NCBI GenBank assembly: GCA_013239625.1
Contig: MU056000.1
Location: forward strand, 12,661,175-12,725,174
Reading direction: 5' to 3'
Length of the DNA stretch: 64,000 nucleotides
From: Lama guanicoe
Lineage: Eukaryota
The notes below the pieces were generated by a model. That model saw nothing but the letters and a program-made list of their open reading frames with translations, was not told the DNA's origin and did not search any database. The number at the start of each line of letters is the position of its first letter. The stretch's first letter is position 1. Below, one piece after another: positions 50,301 to 61,482 of this stretch. The translations under genes were made by a program, and so were the position numbers.

Positions 50301-52498
50301 AGGAAATGATCACAACATTCTCTTCCGTTGCTGGAGGGTGACGCTTATGCTCCAATGCCATTAAATAAGAAATGACTTACCATGTGTGCTTTCACTTCTT
50401 CCAGAAAATGAATTTTATCAGCACCTAATGTTTGTACCTAACACATTTGCAACCACTTCATTTGTTGGAAGCAGGTAATAAAAATGAGATTTCCTTTAAC
50501 ACAATGATATTCTGACATTCATAAAATTGAAGTATGGAATCAGTCAGCCAGCTTAGGAGAAGGCCACTTGACAAATGATAAAAGTTTAAATAACACAAAG
50601 TGCGGTGTCAAAGTTGTTCAAGTAATGATATGCAAATTTCTACTGAAAAGGTAGGGAGAAAAGGACAATTCTTTTTACTAGGATGTACCCTATGGAGCCC
50701 AGGTTCTGTAGGACTAGTTTGGATAAGGCCAATGAAAACCCATAGTTGGTACCATCTAACTTACTCTGAAAAATTTGTAACAAATTGGGACTCAGAGAAA
50801 AATTCATTCTACAGGAACCATAATGAAAGTGGGATAATTGGTTTTTGTTCTTTAAATGGAGTAAATTTAAACAGATTCTATCACCCCAGGATAGAAGACG
50901 GTTAGACTAATAAACTATTGGTTAAATAATAAATCAAGTTCAAATAAATGGATCTGATTTCTATAATTTTCTTCTAATTAAATTAATGTCACATTTATCT
51001 TTATGACCTTGCAGCTATATCTTTAAATTGAATTTTTGGGAAGCAGAAAATATATTTTTTCCTACAAAGCCTTTTATCAATTGTCTTTATTTCCACTTTT
51101 TGCTAATGAAATGGTAATGACAAGACAGTTCAAGAGACAGTGGCTCGCTCATAATCGAATATATTTTTTTTCAACACAAAAATGAGTAACATCTGAAGGT
51201 CAGTGGCTCAAGATAAAGCAGCTCATAACTTATAGATTTTTGTAATACCTTATGAGAAAATTGTGCGACAAACACAGTTTTGTTTATTCTTCTTAGTTTC
51301 TTTTACTTGTTTCACTTTTGGATCACCTTCTATCTTTTTCAACTGAACCCTGATGTGAAATTGTTAATTTAAAAATAGCATAATTAAAACATAATGAGAA
51401 GTGATTGTCATGAACACCTCAGACCACGACAGGCACAACTCATTATGCATGATTTTAATTTTTGTATTTCACTACTTCCCTCTGCCAAGCAATACCACTG
51501 GCCATTTTCAAGTCCCGATGAGAAAAAAATAAGAAATTTGTATAGAAACATTGTGTTTTACAACTAAAAAGAGATTTACAGTTTATCTGTTCCACCTTCC
51601 TTACTTAGCAGGTGAGAAAGTGAGGGTTTTGGAGGGTAAATGGTATGCCGATGATGACACAGGTCTTAGGCTCCTATTCTATTGCTGCTTTCCCTAACAT
51701 TGTGTTCAATTAGCTTATTGTGTCCAAGAAACCCAAAAGCCCTTTGAGTGCGTTGGTTGCTGGCTATCCCCTATTTCTCCATCTGTGTGGGCATCTGTTC
51801 GGCATGCTTTGTGCGCCTTCCCAGGGATCTGAATCCTCATTTCCCATCTGACTCTCTTTCTCTAAGCTGGACAATCCACCCACTCGCTCAAAGGGCTGAA
51901 TCCTAAGAATCACTTGGCTCAAGGGACAGCAGAAGGTTTGCAGTGGCTGTGATTTCTGCGGGTACCACTAATTATTCTTGCCCCGTGGCTCATGCACACA
52001 GGAATACACATTAGTTCTATTATTTAACTATTGAAACAAATTATGTTTGAAAAATGATCTAAATGGTGTATTTTTTTTGCTAGCTTCAACCAAAGGGGGC
52101 CCTTCCATCCTCACTGCTAGATGGATACATTTATATAATCACATTGGAAGAATCCAAAACAAGGCATAAATCCAAACCTTAATTTTGATAGAGCTTGATC
52201 AAAGATATAGTCTGAAAAATAAAATTGACTAAAGAGAATTTTAATTAAGAATTTTTTTTGCCTCAGTTGTGATGAATTTGTAATCTTCATTCTCTAAGGA
52301 AATGAAGAAAATATAGACATTTGAAAGAACAGGAGCATATAGTTGACGGATCATATTTAATTATCTTTAGCTTTTTATTTGCAAGGAAACAGGAATCCAA
52401 AATTATGTCATTTAACCATAGAAAGCAAGCATTAGGGACTTCTTATTTTTAGATTTCTCTCTTTTTTCCCCTCTGTTTTTGGTGTGCTTTCTTTCCAG

Positions 52499-52564
52499 AT
52501 TTTGATACTGAAATATGCCAGCTTCATGAAGAAGATTTGTAATCCTCTCTTTTACCTCGATGAG
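52499..52564 (+). other. Candidate 66-nt cassette exon
   Basis: ~44-nt AG-free pyrimidine-rich tract + ttccag acceptor; donor GAG|GTAAAC; open in phase 0 (ILILKYASFMKKICNPLFYLDE), peptide not recognised. Confidence 0.3.
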
Positions 52565-53540
52565 GTAAACCCAGATAAGAACAAACATCCAGCTTCTAGG
52601 AAATGTACCTACTTTGAACGGTTATTATTATAATACATGTATCCCTTGTAGTTCAAATGTATTCAGACTCTAAGTTCGGATAACGAGAGTTCCAATAGTA
52701 CGTTTAGATAACAAAGACCTTTGTGAATTATCTGAATCCATTCATGTCCTGAATTTTGGATACCAAGTAGTGAGAGTTTAGAAATTTAGGTATACCTACC
52801 TTTCTTCAAGGAGGGCTATGTTACCAATTTTATCTGAATCTATTCTGTTTCTAAGTTTGGAGAGTGAGAGTTTTAATAGGAAACAGTATCTGTATTTTTG
52901 AGTCTGTAAGTTTAGACCATTTCACTACCAGGCTTCCCATGGACACTGGATGCCTTGTATTATCAATCAGCTTAAAAAGGAGTTTTGGGAGGACTTTAAA
53001 TAGGGGTGAGGTAAAAAGCATCTTTTTTACTAGGGAGTTAGGGGTGAGTTTGCTTCTAGACTTTAAAGCATGAAAACGTCTGGAGTAAATCCAGTGAAGG
53101 GAGAGTTGGGTGTGTGGGAGGAGCAGCGATATGATTTTATTTAAGTGAAGGAGGCTCCCAAGTGTAAGAGAGAGAGAAATGTGTCCGTAAGATTTGAGTC
53201 TGTGCTTGGACAAGAGTCATAAATCATTCCTCTTACTCCATAACCTATCCACAGCCTCTGACCTCCAGCACAGCCTGTTAAAATTCATCACCTTATTTCC
53301 CTTGTAAATAAGGAGTTAAAAAGTAGCTCGTTTCCATGTTCAGGCTGAAACCAACATGGGCAATGTCTTACTCCCAGACTAGAGACAGGGATTCCTATTG
53401 CAATCACTGCATATAGACGGCAATGTCCCAGAGTGTGATACTGTAAGAGGTATCGGCAGCAGAGGCAAAGGCCTGGCAGCAAGATATGCTGCCTTGAAGG
53501 GAAAACAGCAATGCTAACGAAAATGCTAATGCTAATGTAA

Positions 53541-53575
<35 letters not shown>
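53541..53575. repeat. (ATG)n trinucleotide microsatellite at a MIR end
   Basis: Seen directly in sequence. Confidence 0.95.
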
Positions 53576-53579
53576 AAAT

Positions 53580-53815
53580 GACTAAATATGATTAAGGTCT
53601 ATGTGCCTGGTCTTGTTTTAAGCCCTTTTCACGAATCATCTCTTTCTATCCTCATGACAACCTTATGAGTTACTATTATTATCCCCATTTTGCAGATAGA
53701 AGAATTAAGATGCAGAAGATTAAGGAAAGTCTAAGATCACACAGCTAAAAAATGTCAGAGCCCGGCTTGGAGGCCAGGCCAGTCTACCTGGAGAACTCTA
53801 CTCCTAACTGGTATA
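53580..53815 (-). mobile_element. MIR SINE
   Basis: ctatgtgcctgg...cctcatgacaaccttatgag...attattatccccattttgcagatagaagaattaagatgcagaagattaag...aagatcacacagcta. Confidence 0.85.
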
Positions 53816-54154
53816 TTATTCTACAAACGGATTCCACAGGCTAGAGGTTGGTTACACGAGAGCTAATATCTGGCAATAAAGCTGGCAGTCTTCTTTTTTT
53901 TTAAAAGAAGACATGGTCTTATTTATAATCCTATTTCCAAACAAGTAAAGTTTGAGGTACTTGGATCATACTGCATCTTCCTTACTGTAAATTTTATTGG
54001 TGTTAGTACTTAATTTCTTCAAGAAAATATGATTTTTCCCTCAAAAAAGTCTTCAGGATATTTCAACTCATCTTTTAGTATAAAATCTATTGTACATAGA
54101 AGGATAATGAGAAATTAATTTTACAGCATTCACCTCTGACATAGTTTCCAAATT

Positions 54155-55365
54155 TTTTTTTACATTTTTTAATTGAGTAATAGTTATTTTACAATGTTGT
54201 GTCAAATTCCAGTGTAGAGCACAATTTTTAAGTCATACATGAACATATATATATTCATTGTCACATTTTTTTTCGCTGTGAGCTACCACAAGGTCTTGTA
54301 TATATTTCCCTGTGCTGTACAGTATAATCTTGTTTATCTATTCTGCATTTTAAATCCCAGTCTGTCCCTTCCCGCCTCCCGCCCCCTTTGCAACCACAAG
54401 TTTGTAGTCTATGTCTATGAGTCTGTTTCTGTTTTGTATTTGTGTTTTTGTTTTTTTAGATTCCTCATATAAGCGATCTCATATGGTATTTTTCTTTCTG
54501 TTTCTGGCTTACTTCACTTAGAATGACATTCTCCAGGAACATCCATGTTGCTGCGAATGGTGTTATGTTGTCGGTTTTTGTGGCTGAATAGTATTCCATT
54601 GTATAAATATACCACATCTTTATTCAGTCATCTGTTGATGGACATCTAGGCTGCTTCCATGTCTTGGCTATTGTAAATAGTGCTGCTATGAACATTGGGG
54701 TGCAGGTGTCATTCTGAAGTAGGGTTCCTTCTGGATATATGCCCAGGAGTGGGATTCCTGGGTCATATGGTAAGTCTATTTCTAGTCTTTTGAAGAATCT
54801 CCATACTGTTTTCCACAATGGCTTTCCTTGCTTCCCTCTCCCACTCTTAATGATTCAGATGTCTTCTTTTACAATTTTGTGTTTATTCTTTTTGTAATTC
54901 ATGGCAGTTATCTCCTTTCCAGTTATGAGTTTCTCATTTTTGTAGCATCCTGCTTCTTTTCTATTTAGAGTAGACCTGTCAATATTTCTTTTAGAATGGG
55001 TTTAGTGTTGCTAAACTCTTTTAGTTTTTGCTTGTCTGTGAAGTTCTTTATCTCTCCTTCTGTTCTAAAGGATAGTCTTGCTGGGTAGAGTATCCTAGGC
55101 TTCATCTTTTTTTCAATTCAGGACTTTAAATATATCTTGCCACTCCCTTCTGTATTTGTGTAGAGAAATCAGCTGAGAGCCTTATGGGGGTTTCCTTGTA
55201 ACTCACTCTTTGTTTTTCTCTTGCTGCCTTTAGGATCATTTCTTGATCTTTGACTCTGGCCATCTTGATTATAATATGTCTTGGTGTGGGTCTGTTTGGG
55301 TTCTTCCTGTTTGGGACCCTCTGAGCCTCCTGTACTTGGATATCTGATTCCTTTAGGTTTGGGAA
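54155..55365 (-). mobile_element. Camelid L1, 5'-truncated, with most of ORF2 missing (ORF1 3' half + spacer fused to ORF2 C-terminus + 3'UTR)
   Basis: ORF1 peptide FPNLKESDIQVQEAQRVPNRKNPNRPTPRHIIIKMARVKD..., stop at 54965-54967; junction at ~54823 to ORF2 tail WKTVWRFFKRLEIDLPYDPGIPLLGIYP; perfect 16-bp TSD acatagtttccaaatt at 54139-54154 and 55366-55381. Confidence 0.95.
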
Positions 55366-56319
55366 ACATAGTTTCCAAATTATGTTGATGTTTACTCTGA
55401 CACTTACATGATGTTGTTTCAGATTTTAAGGCATGGAAAAAAGAATTATTTTATTCCTGTAGATTTCCACTTGAGATATATGCACATAAGTGAATTGTGA
55501 ACTTTTTCCATCTGTGGTCACACACTCCTCTGTAAGCTCTGCCTTAGTAGGTACCAGCTGATGGTCTAAATAGTTGTGGGTGTTAACATAGCATCATGGC
55601 ACGTTAGGGATGAAAGAGGCCTTGGGACCAACCCTGTCACTGGGGATGAGGATGGGAGAACTGAGGCTCAGGATCAAGGACAGTGGTAGAATCACTGGTT
55701 TCCCCCATAGCAGTTATATATTAGATAAGAGAGTGAACAGGGAGTCATTTGATGCCTGATCTCTTTGAGCTGCAACCACACTGTTGGTCATTTGGTAGGT
55801 GTGTATTGAGGGAACAAATTGGTGGTTAGAATAAAGAAGTTTGCTCCTGGGTTTGGAGAGGAATGTTATTTTAAACTGAGCTTTATTTTCCTCATGTTTG
55901 TTTTTCAGGGCTAAAGATAAAAAATATTTTCATTCCTCTCCCTTCGTCTTACCTTTTTTCCTCCATCTTAGAGTCATTATGGAATATTTTGGTGTTTGTT
56001 CTGATGTTTGAGAAAGAAACAGTGATTTTCCCATTTGGATTTCCTTTCAATTTGCCTAATTGAAATTTGATATCACGTATCAAGTGATTCATCTGTAGCA
56101 TTTATTTCTCATCATCTGGGCAAGAAGCCCTGCATAAAGGCAATTATGTTGGGTAATTCCCAATTATCCACATGCAGATCAAGCAGATATGTGCTCTTTA
56201 AAAATCTCCAAATGCCATTTCAGGGAAAAAAAACCACAAAGCCAAACAGAATATACTGTTCACAGCCAAAAGCCTCTTTTGGAACAAAGTTCTAGATAGC
56301 AACAATGAAAGAGCTAAAC

Positions 56320-56410
56320 CAGGAATTCTTAACCTTGGCACTATTAACATTTGGGGCAGGATAATTCTTTGTTGTGAGAGTAGTCCTATGCATTCTAGAA
56401 TGTCCTAGCT
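56320..56410 (+). mobile_element. MER20 5' fragment
   Basis: ttcttaaccttggcactattaacatttggggcaggataattctttgttgtg...gtcctatgcattctagaatgt. Confidence 0.8.
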
Positions 56411-56589
56411 CTCTAAAATGCACTCAGTGATGTTTTATAAATGATTCTCATCCATGCATGCATTTCTTTTAGATACCTCAACCCAGCAACAATAAAAGCA
56501 TGGACTTTCACATTTCTAAAAGTACAGATTAAAAAAATCTTATAACTGTTCACATGAGTAGCAGTTTTCAAAACACTTTAAAATGGCAT

Positions 56590-57000
56590 CTAATTTTTTC
56601 CTGCATAATAGCCTTATAAGATATGTTAGATGTTTGGTAATAGTATTTCCACCTTCTAGGTGAAGAAGCAAAGTCACAATTAAGGTCACACAGCTAGTTC
56701 ATGCTCTGACAGATTTAGAGTTTGAGTCTCTGTTGCAAATAGCTCCTGTCAGAGAGGCTGTCATGGTGAGTGGAGAGTGTGTGACTAGGACTGTTTGGGT
56801 TCAAATCTTCACCCTACAGATTTCTAGCTTTGGATATTTCGCCTGGGAGTTTAATCACTCCGTTTTTCAGTTTTCTCATCCATAAAATAAGGATTATCCA
56901 TTATGAAGTTAGAAGGTACTTCAAAAAGTAGTGTGAGGAATAAATGATCAGTGTTTATACATAATAAGTGCATAATAAATACTAGGTGTTATTATTAACA
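56590..57000. mobile_element. Two head-to-head MIR fragments
   Basis: Antisense core aaggtcacacagctag (~56680) and sense core tgggttcaaatc...cagttttctcatccataaaataagga (~56800-56895). Confidence 0.7.
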
Positions 57001-57093
57001 ACAATAAGAACTATACTATTATTATTATTAAGAATAATTAATATAGAGATATTTATAATATATTTTTACTATACATATACTATGTTTATTTTA

Positions 57094-57617
57094 CACTATT
57101 TTCAATGGCCAAGACATGGAAACAACCTAAATGTCCATTGACAGATGAGTGAATAAAGAAGATGTGGTATACATATGCAATGGAATACTACTCAGCCATG
57201 AAAAAGAGTGAAATAATGCCATTTGCAGCAACATGGATGAACCTAGAAATGATCATATTCAGTGAAGTAAATAGTACAGAGAAAGACAAATATCATATCA
57301 TATCACTTATATGTGGAATATAAAAAAAGATACAAATTTTATTTATAAACCAGAAATAGACTCATAGACATAGAAAACAAACTGTGGCTACCAAAGGAGA
57401 AAGGTGGGAGAGGGATAAATTTGGAGTTTGGGATTAACGTATATACACTACTATATATAAGATAGATACACAACAAGGACCTACTGTATAGCACTGGGAA
57501 CTATATTCAATTTCCTGTAATAAGCTATAATGGAAAAGAATCTGAATCACTTTTCTGTACACCTGAAACTAATGTTGTAAATCAACTGCACTTCAATAAA
57601 AAATAAAATTTAAAAAT
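57094..57617 (+). mobile_element. 5'-truncated cetartiodactyl L1 3' end
   Basis: gccaagacatggaaacaacctaaatgtccattgacagatgagtgaataaagaagatgtgg...cttcaataaaaaataaaa; possible degenerate TSD gaataattaatatagagata (57032-57051) / gaataaataatacagagata (57618-57637). Confidence 0.93.
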
Positions 57618-57639
57618 GAATAAATAATACAGAGATAGA

Positions 57640-57830
57640 CTGTCTGGATTTGAAGTCAAAACTCCATCACTTGTGAGCCACATGACCCTGCCACACTGAT
57701 ATATCTTCTCTCTGACTTAGTTTTCTTCTCCGTAGAAGAGAGAAGATGATAATAATGTGGACTACCTTACCTCACAGAGTTTTTATGAGCATTAAATGCC
57801 ACATACCAAAGCATCACTACAGTATTTATT
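57640..57830 (+). mobile_element. MIR SINE
   Basis: tggatttgaagtc...ctccatcactt...tgaccctg...ctctgacttagttttcttctccgtagaa...acctcacagagtttttatgagcattaaatg. Confidence 0.72.
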
Positions 57831-57909
57831 ATTCACTAGATACATAAGCAGTTTTTCCAGGCTCAGCTAAATTTAGGTTTAGCCTGAATAGTTCTGTCTG
57901 GATAATACC

Positions 57910-58335
57910 TTCTTCAGTCAGGATTTTTGTTGGTAATCCAGAGAAAGCAACACTTGTCATATTAGGTTACAAGGATGTTTTGGGACAAATACTGTGAGAC
58001 AATCAGAGCAAAGCTGGAGGATGTCTGGGTCTAGAAAATGGTCAGATGTCAAGAGAAGCCAAAAGTCTGGGATCAGGAGCTTCAGTGGGAGTCACCCAGC
58101 AGGGTCAGAGTGGATGCTGTCACTGTGGTCTCTAGGTCCCCACACCCACTGGAGGGTCAACGAGCCAGGAGAGGGGTTTGCTCGACTTCCCCTGGATCCA
58201 GGGGGCTGGAGGCAGACAGGCAGCCTCTTTGGCCCCTGTGGTGGGTGGGCACAGCCCCTGTGGTGGATGGGCACAGTCCCTCCCCAGAACTGCACAATAT
58301 GTGGGAAAAGGCAATTCCCAAGCAGAGCTGGGTGG
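57910..58335 (-). mobile_element. Degenerate MaLR LTR (MLT1K/L-like)
   Basis: cagtcaggatttttgttggtaatccagagaaagcaac resembles the antisense MLT1 terminus; GC-richer body ending gggaaaaggcaattcccaagc. Confidence 0.55.
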
Positions 58336-58669
58336 AGTTATGACCAGAGGGCTGAGGGCATCTCTTACACTCTCCTGCCAGTGTATTTACTAGAGGAAGA
58401 AAGAGACAGAGACAGAAAGAGACATAGAGAGAGGCACTCCGGGATTCCTCTCTAACAATTAGTCACTATGGTATTACAAGTAACATTTTATTTTTTTCAT
58501 TAAAAAATGAGTTAGATCAGTTTTTCTATTTTATGGCCCGATCATTTGTTTTGAGTAGAGTCACAGTCATTGTGTCACTAGTGGGGATGATAATGAGCAA
58601 CTACTGACTATGGAAGGAAATATTTAAAATAGTCAAGAAGGAAAAAAGTTAAATCACTTAAACTACTTT

Positions 58670-58960
58670 TTTTGGACACTTACTATGCACCCAGTGTCAC
58701 ACTGGTGCTGATGACTGAAAATGCAAAAAGAACACACATATATATATTTTTTTTTTAGTCTAGGAAGCTAGTGATCTAATAAAGATAAAGATATGTTGAA
58801 AACCAAACCAAACAAAAAGTAGTTGGAATATGGTGTGAAATGGTCTCAATAAAGACGTATGCAAAGCACTTTGGAATAAGAGATAAATGACATTACGACA
58901 ATGATGTGAGCTGAGACCTGAAGCAGCACTTGGTCAGGAAAAATAAGAGGAAAGGCGATA
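58670..58960 (-). mobile_element. L2 fragment
   Basis: ttggacacttactatgcacccagtg...tgcaaagcactttggaa...tgagctgagacctgaag. Confidence 0.6.
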
Positions 58961-59704
58961 CGCCAGAAGGAGAAAAATCAAAGGTGAAAGAAAAAGCATA
59001 AGAAAGAGAAAAAGGAGCAAGTTCCAAGCCTGTTCTAACTACTTGTTCCATCACATCGTGTTTGTTTTATTGGCATTGTTTGTCCCTTGTGATTTTATTT
59101 TTAAAGAGGCGAAGTTGCTGCGTAATTGTCAGCTGTCCCAGCAGATCATGTTTAATGTGAAGAGCTATGTTTCTGGAATAATTTCACATCAGTAGTATTT
59201 ATGAAAGTGCCCTCAACCCAGAACTGCCGTGGAGAGAGCAGTTCTGTGGATTCTACTTGGGAAAGGGGAGAAATGCCGGCATTTAATGGAGAACAAGAGA
59301 TCTCTGCCAACTAATTCCATCTCAACATGGCCTTAGGCTGATTTTGATAAGACTTAAATCAGCAGGTCTGGCTCAGGTACAACTGTGGTTGTATCTGTTC
59401 AGATTAAGTGCTGCAGAGGGTGGCACCCATTGTGGAATGAATTAGTGACCTTAATTACCTACTAAAATTAATTAAGGGAAAAGCGGGCATTGGGACAAAT
59501 GACCCATGTGAGCAATTAGAATAGGTCCAGATACATAAGATAAATCTGCCTCTCTTTTCTGCCTAATTACAGTGAAACCATTCAGAATTTACCTCCTTTG
59601 AAAAAAATATTAAAAGAATCAAATAAATTTGGAAGAGACAAGTGTAGCCTGAGTTTCAATAAAAAAATGGGGAATGATGATTCCAGAGTTTGGTCCACTT
59701 AGAT

Positions 59705-60030
59705 GAGGGCTCAGCAGACATTTTTTTGTAACGAGAAAGAGAATAAATGCATGAGGCTTGGGCCATAAATCTGGTTTACAACTATTCAACTCTGCCCTCG
59801 TAGTGTGAAAGCATCCGCAGATGATGTGTAAGAGGCACGGCTGTGCTTTAATAAAACTTTATTTATGGATACAAAATACAAAGCTAATTTTCACAGATTA
59901 TAACATATTTTTCTTCTTTTGACTTTCTTCAACCTTTAAAAAAAGTACAAACTATTCCTAGCTCTCAGGCTGTGCAAAAACTGGTGGCAGACCAGATTGG
60001 GCCCACGGGCTGTATAGAGTGTCACCCCCT
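59705..60030. mobile_element. MER58B hAT-Charlie element
   Basis: caactattcaactctgccctcgtagtgtgaaagca...ggctgtgctttaataaaactttatttatggatac...aaaaactggtggcagaccagattgggcccacgggctgta. Confidence 0.88.
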
Positions 60031-60329
60031 CAAATAATAAAGGAATGATGAAAGGAGAGGACAAAGAGCTATGGTTCCATGTGGCCCAAATATGGCAAAA
60101 ATAAGTAACATATACACTAGCCTAGCACCACAAAGTATAAAATGAAGTGGGGAGCAAACGGCATTTTCAAAACCGTATTTCATCAAGTTATATGGCTGTT
60201 CTCCAAGATGTGATTTGATCACATATTAACAAACCACCTTCAGAAATTATTCACCAGGAAGTACCACTGATCTTCTCTATACAAGAATATGACTTCAAAT
60301 ATCACTTGAACTCAACTAGTTCAAATAGC

Positions 60330-61030
60330 TTTTTTGTTTTTTAAGTAAAAGTAGATTTATTTACAGAGATGGACAAGGTGTTGCGGGGTGAGATGGTTGG
60401 TTAAAGTAAAGGTAGATATATTCTCCATAGGCAGGGTGCGGGCTGTCTCAGAAGGTGAGAGAGAGAGAGAGGCGAACTCGAGGCCCGGTGTTGCCAGTTT
60501 TCAGTTGCTAACAAGTGAGAGGATTATTCCAACTACTTTGGGGAAGGGGCGGGGATTCCCAGGAACTGGACCACTGGCCTCTCTTTGACCTTTCCTGGTT
60601 AGCTTCAGAACCGTCATGGCACCTGTGGGTGTACTAGTACGTTACAGTGTATAATGAAGCTCAAGGTCCCCTGGAGGTCAAATCTCCCGCCATAGTGGGC
60701 CTCAGGGTCTATTGGGAGTTGACTTTTCCGCCATCTCCATGCTAATTGCTGTGCCAATGCTTTAATGTCTGTGTCCTGCCCCCTTCCCTCCTGTCTCATT
60801 CCCTCCTCAGAGATTTTACTCCCATAATCTTATGGGGGTGCGGAGGGGTGGCGATCCATCTTCTGTAGCTGCTTCAAGGCTGAGTAGCGATGTTGACCCT
60901 GACCCTGCCTATCAGGGAGTAAAAAATCTCTGAATGCCTAATCTAGGTGTCCCGGGGGCAGGACAGTTTTCTGTTTCTTGAGTCCAAGACATTCAAACAT
61001 CTTCTAATTGCACTCGAAAATTTCTTTTAA
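60330..61030 (-). mobile_element. ERV1-class 3' LTR (U3-R only) with polypurine tract, adjoining internal sequence and an A-tail; upstream boundary uncertain (could reach ~61560)
   Basis: On the - strand: PPT gaggagggaa (60808-60799), LTR start TGAGACAGGAGGGAAGGGGGCAGG at 60798, AATAAA at 60361-60356, A-rich tail 60342-60330. Confidence 0.78.
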
Positions 61031-61266
61031 ATTAGTCCAAATTTTTGATAAAACTGATATTTACTGAAAAATGAGACGGATAATGTATCTAACAGCACCA
61101 ACATAGACTCTATTAGGAGTGCTGAGGAGGAACCATGGTGTGATAATGTCACAGCAGTATTATTAGATTAGTAGTAAGTACCCCTGAAAAGAATGACCAG
61201 GATAGGATTTTTGTATTGATTTTGACTTAGGCCCTCTTTTTCTTTTGTTTATTTGAATGATCTGCT

Positions 61267-61482
61267 GATTCTCTTCATTTTTAAAAAAAATTATTTTTGA
61301 GGGGGGAGGTAATTACGTTTATTTACTTATTTATTTTTTATGCATGCTAAGCATGTGCTCTACCACTGAGCTATACCCTGCCCCCACTATTTACTTATTT
61401 TTAAAGGAGTTACTGGGGGATCGGACCCAGGACCTCATGCATGCTAAGCCGGCACTCTACCACTGAGCTATACCCTCCCCAC
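61267..61482 (-). mobile_element. Dimeric Vic-1-type SINE
   Basis: Two tRNA-Ala-like heads (ending 61480 and 61385) inside one 13-bp TSD tgaatgatctgct (61254-61266 / 61483-61495). Confidence 0.92.

Noticed and set aside
57994..58455. Longest ORF (153 aa) and overlapping ORFs
   Set aside because: GTG start, lies in a GC-richer MaLR LTR remnant and runs into an AG-rich simple repeat; no recognisable protein or splice context
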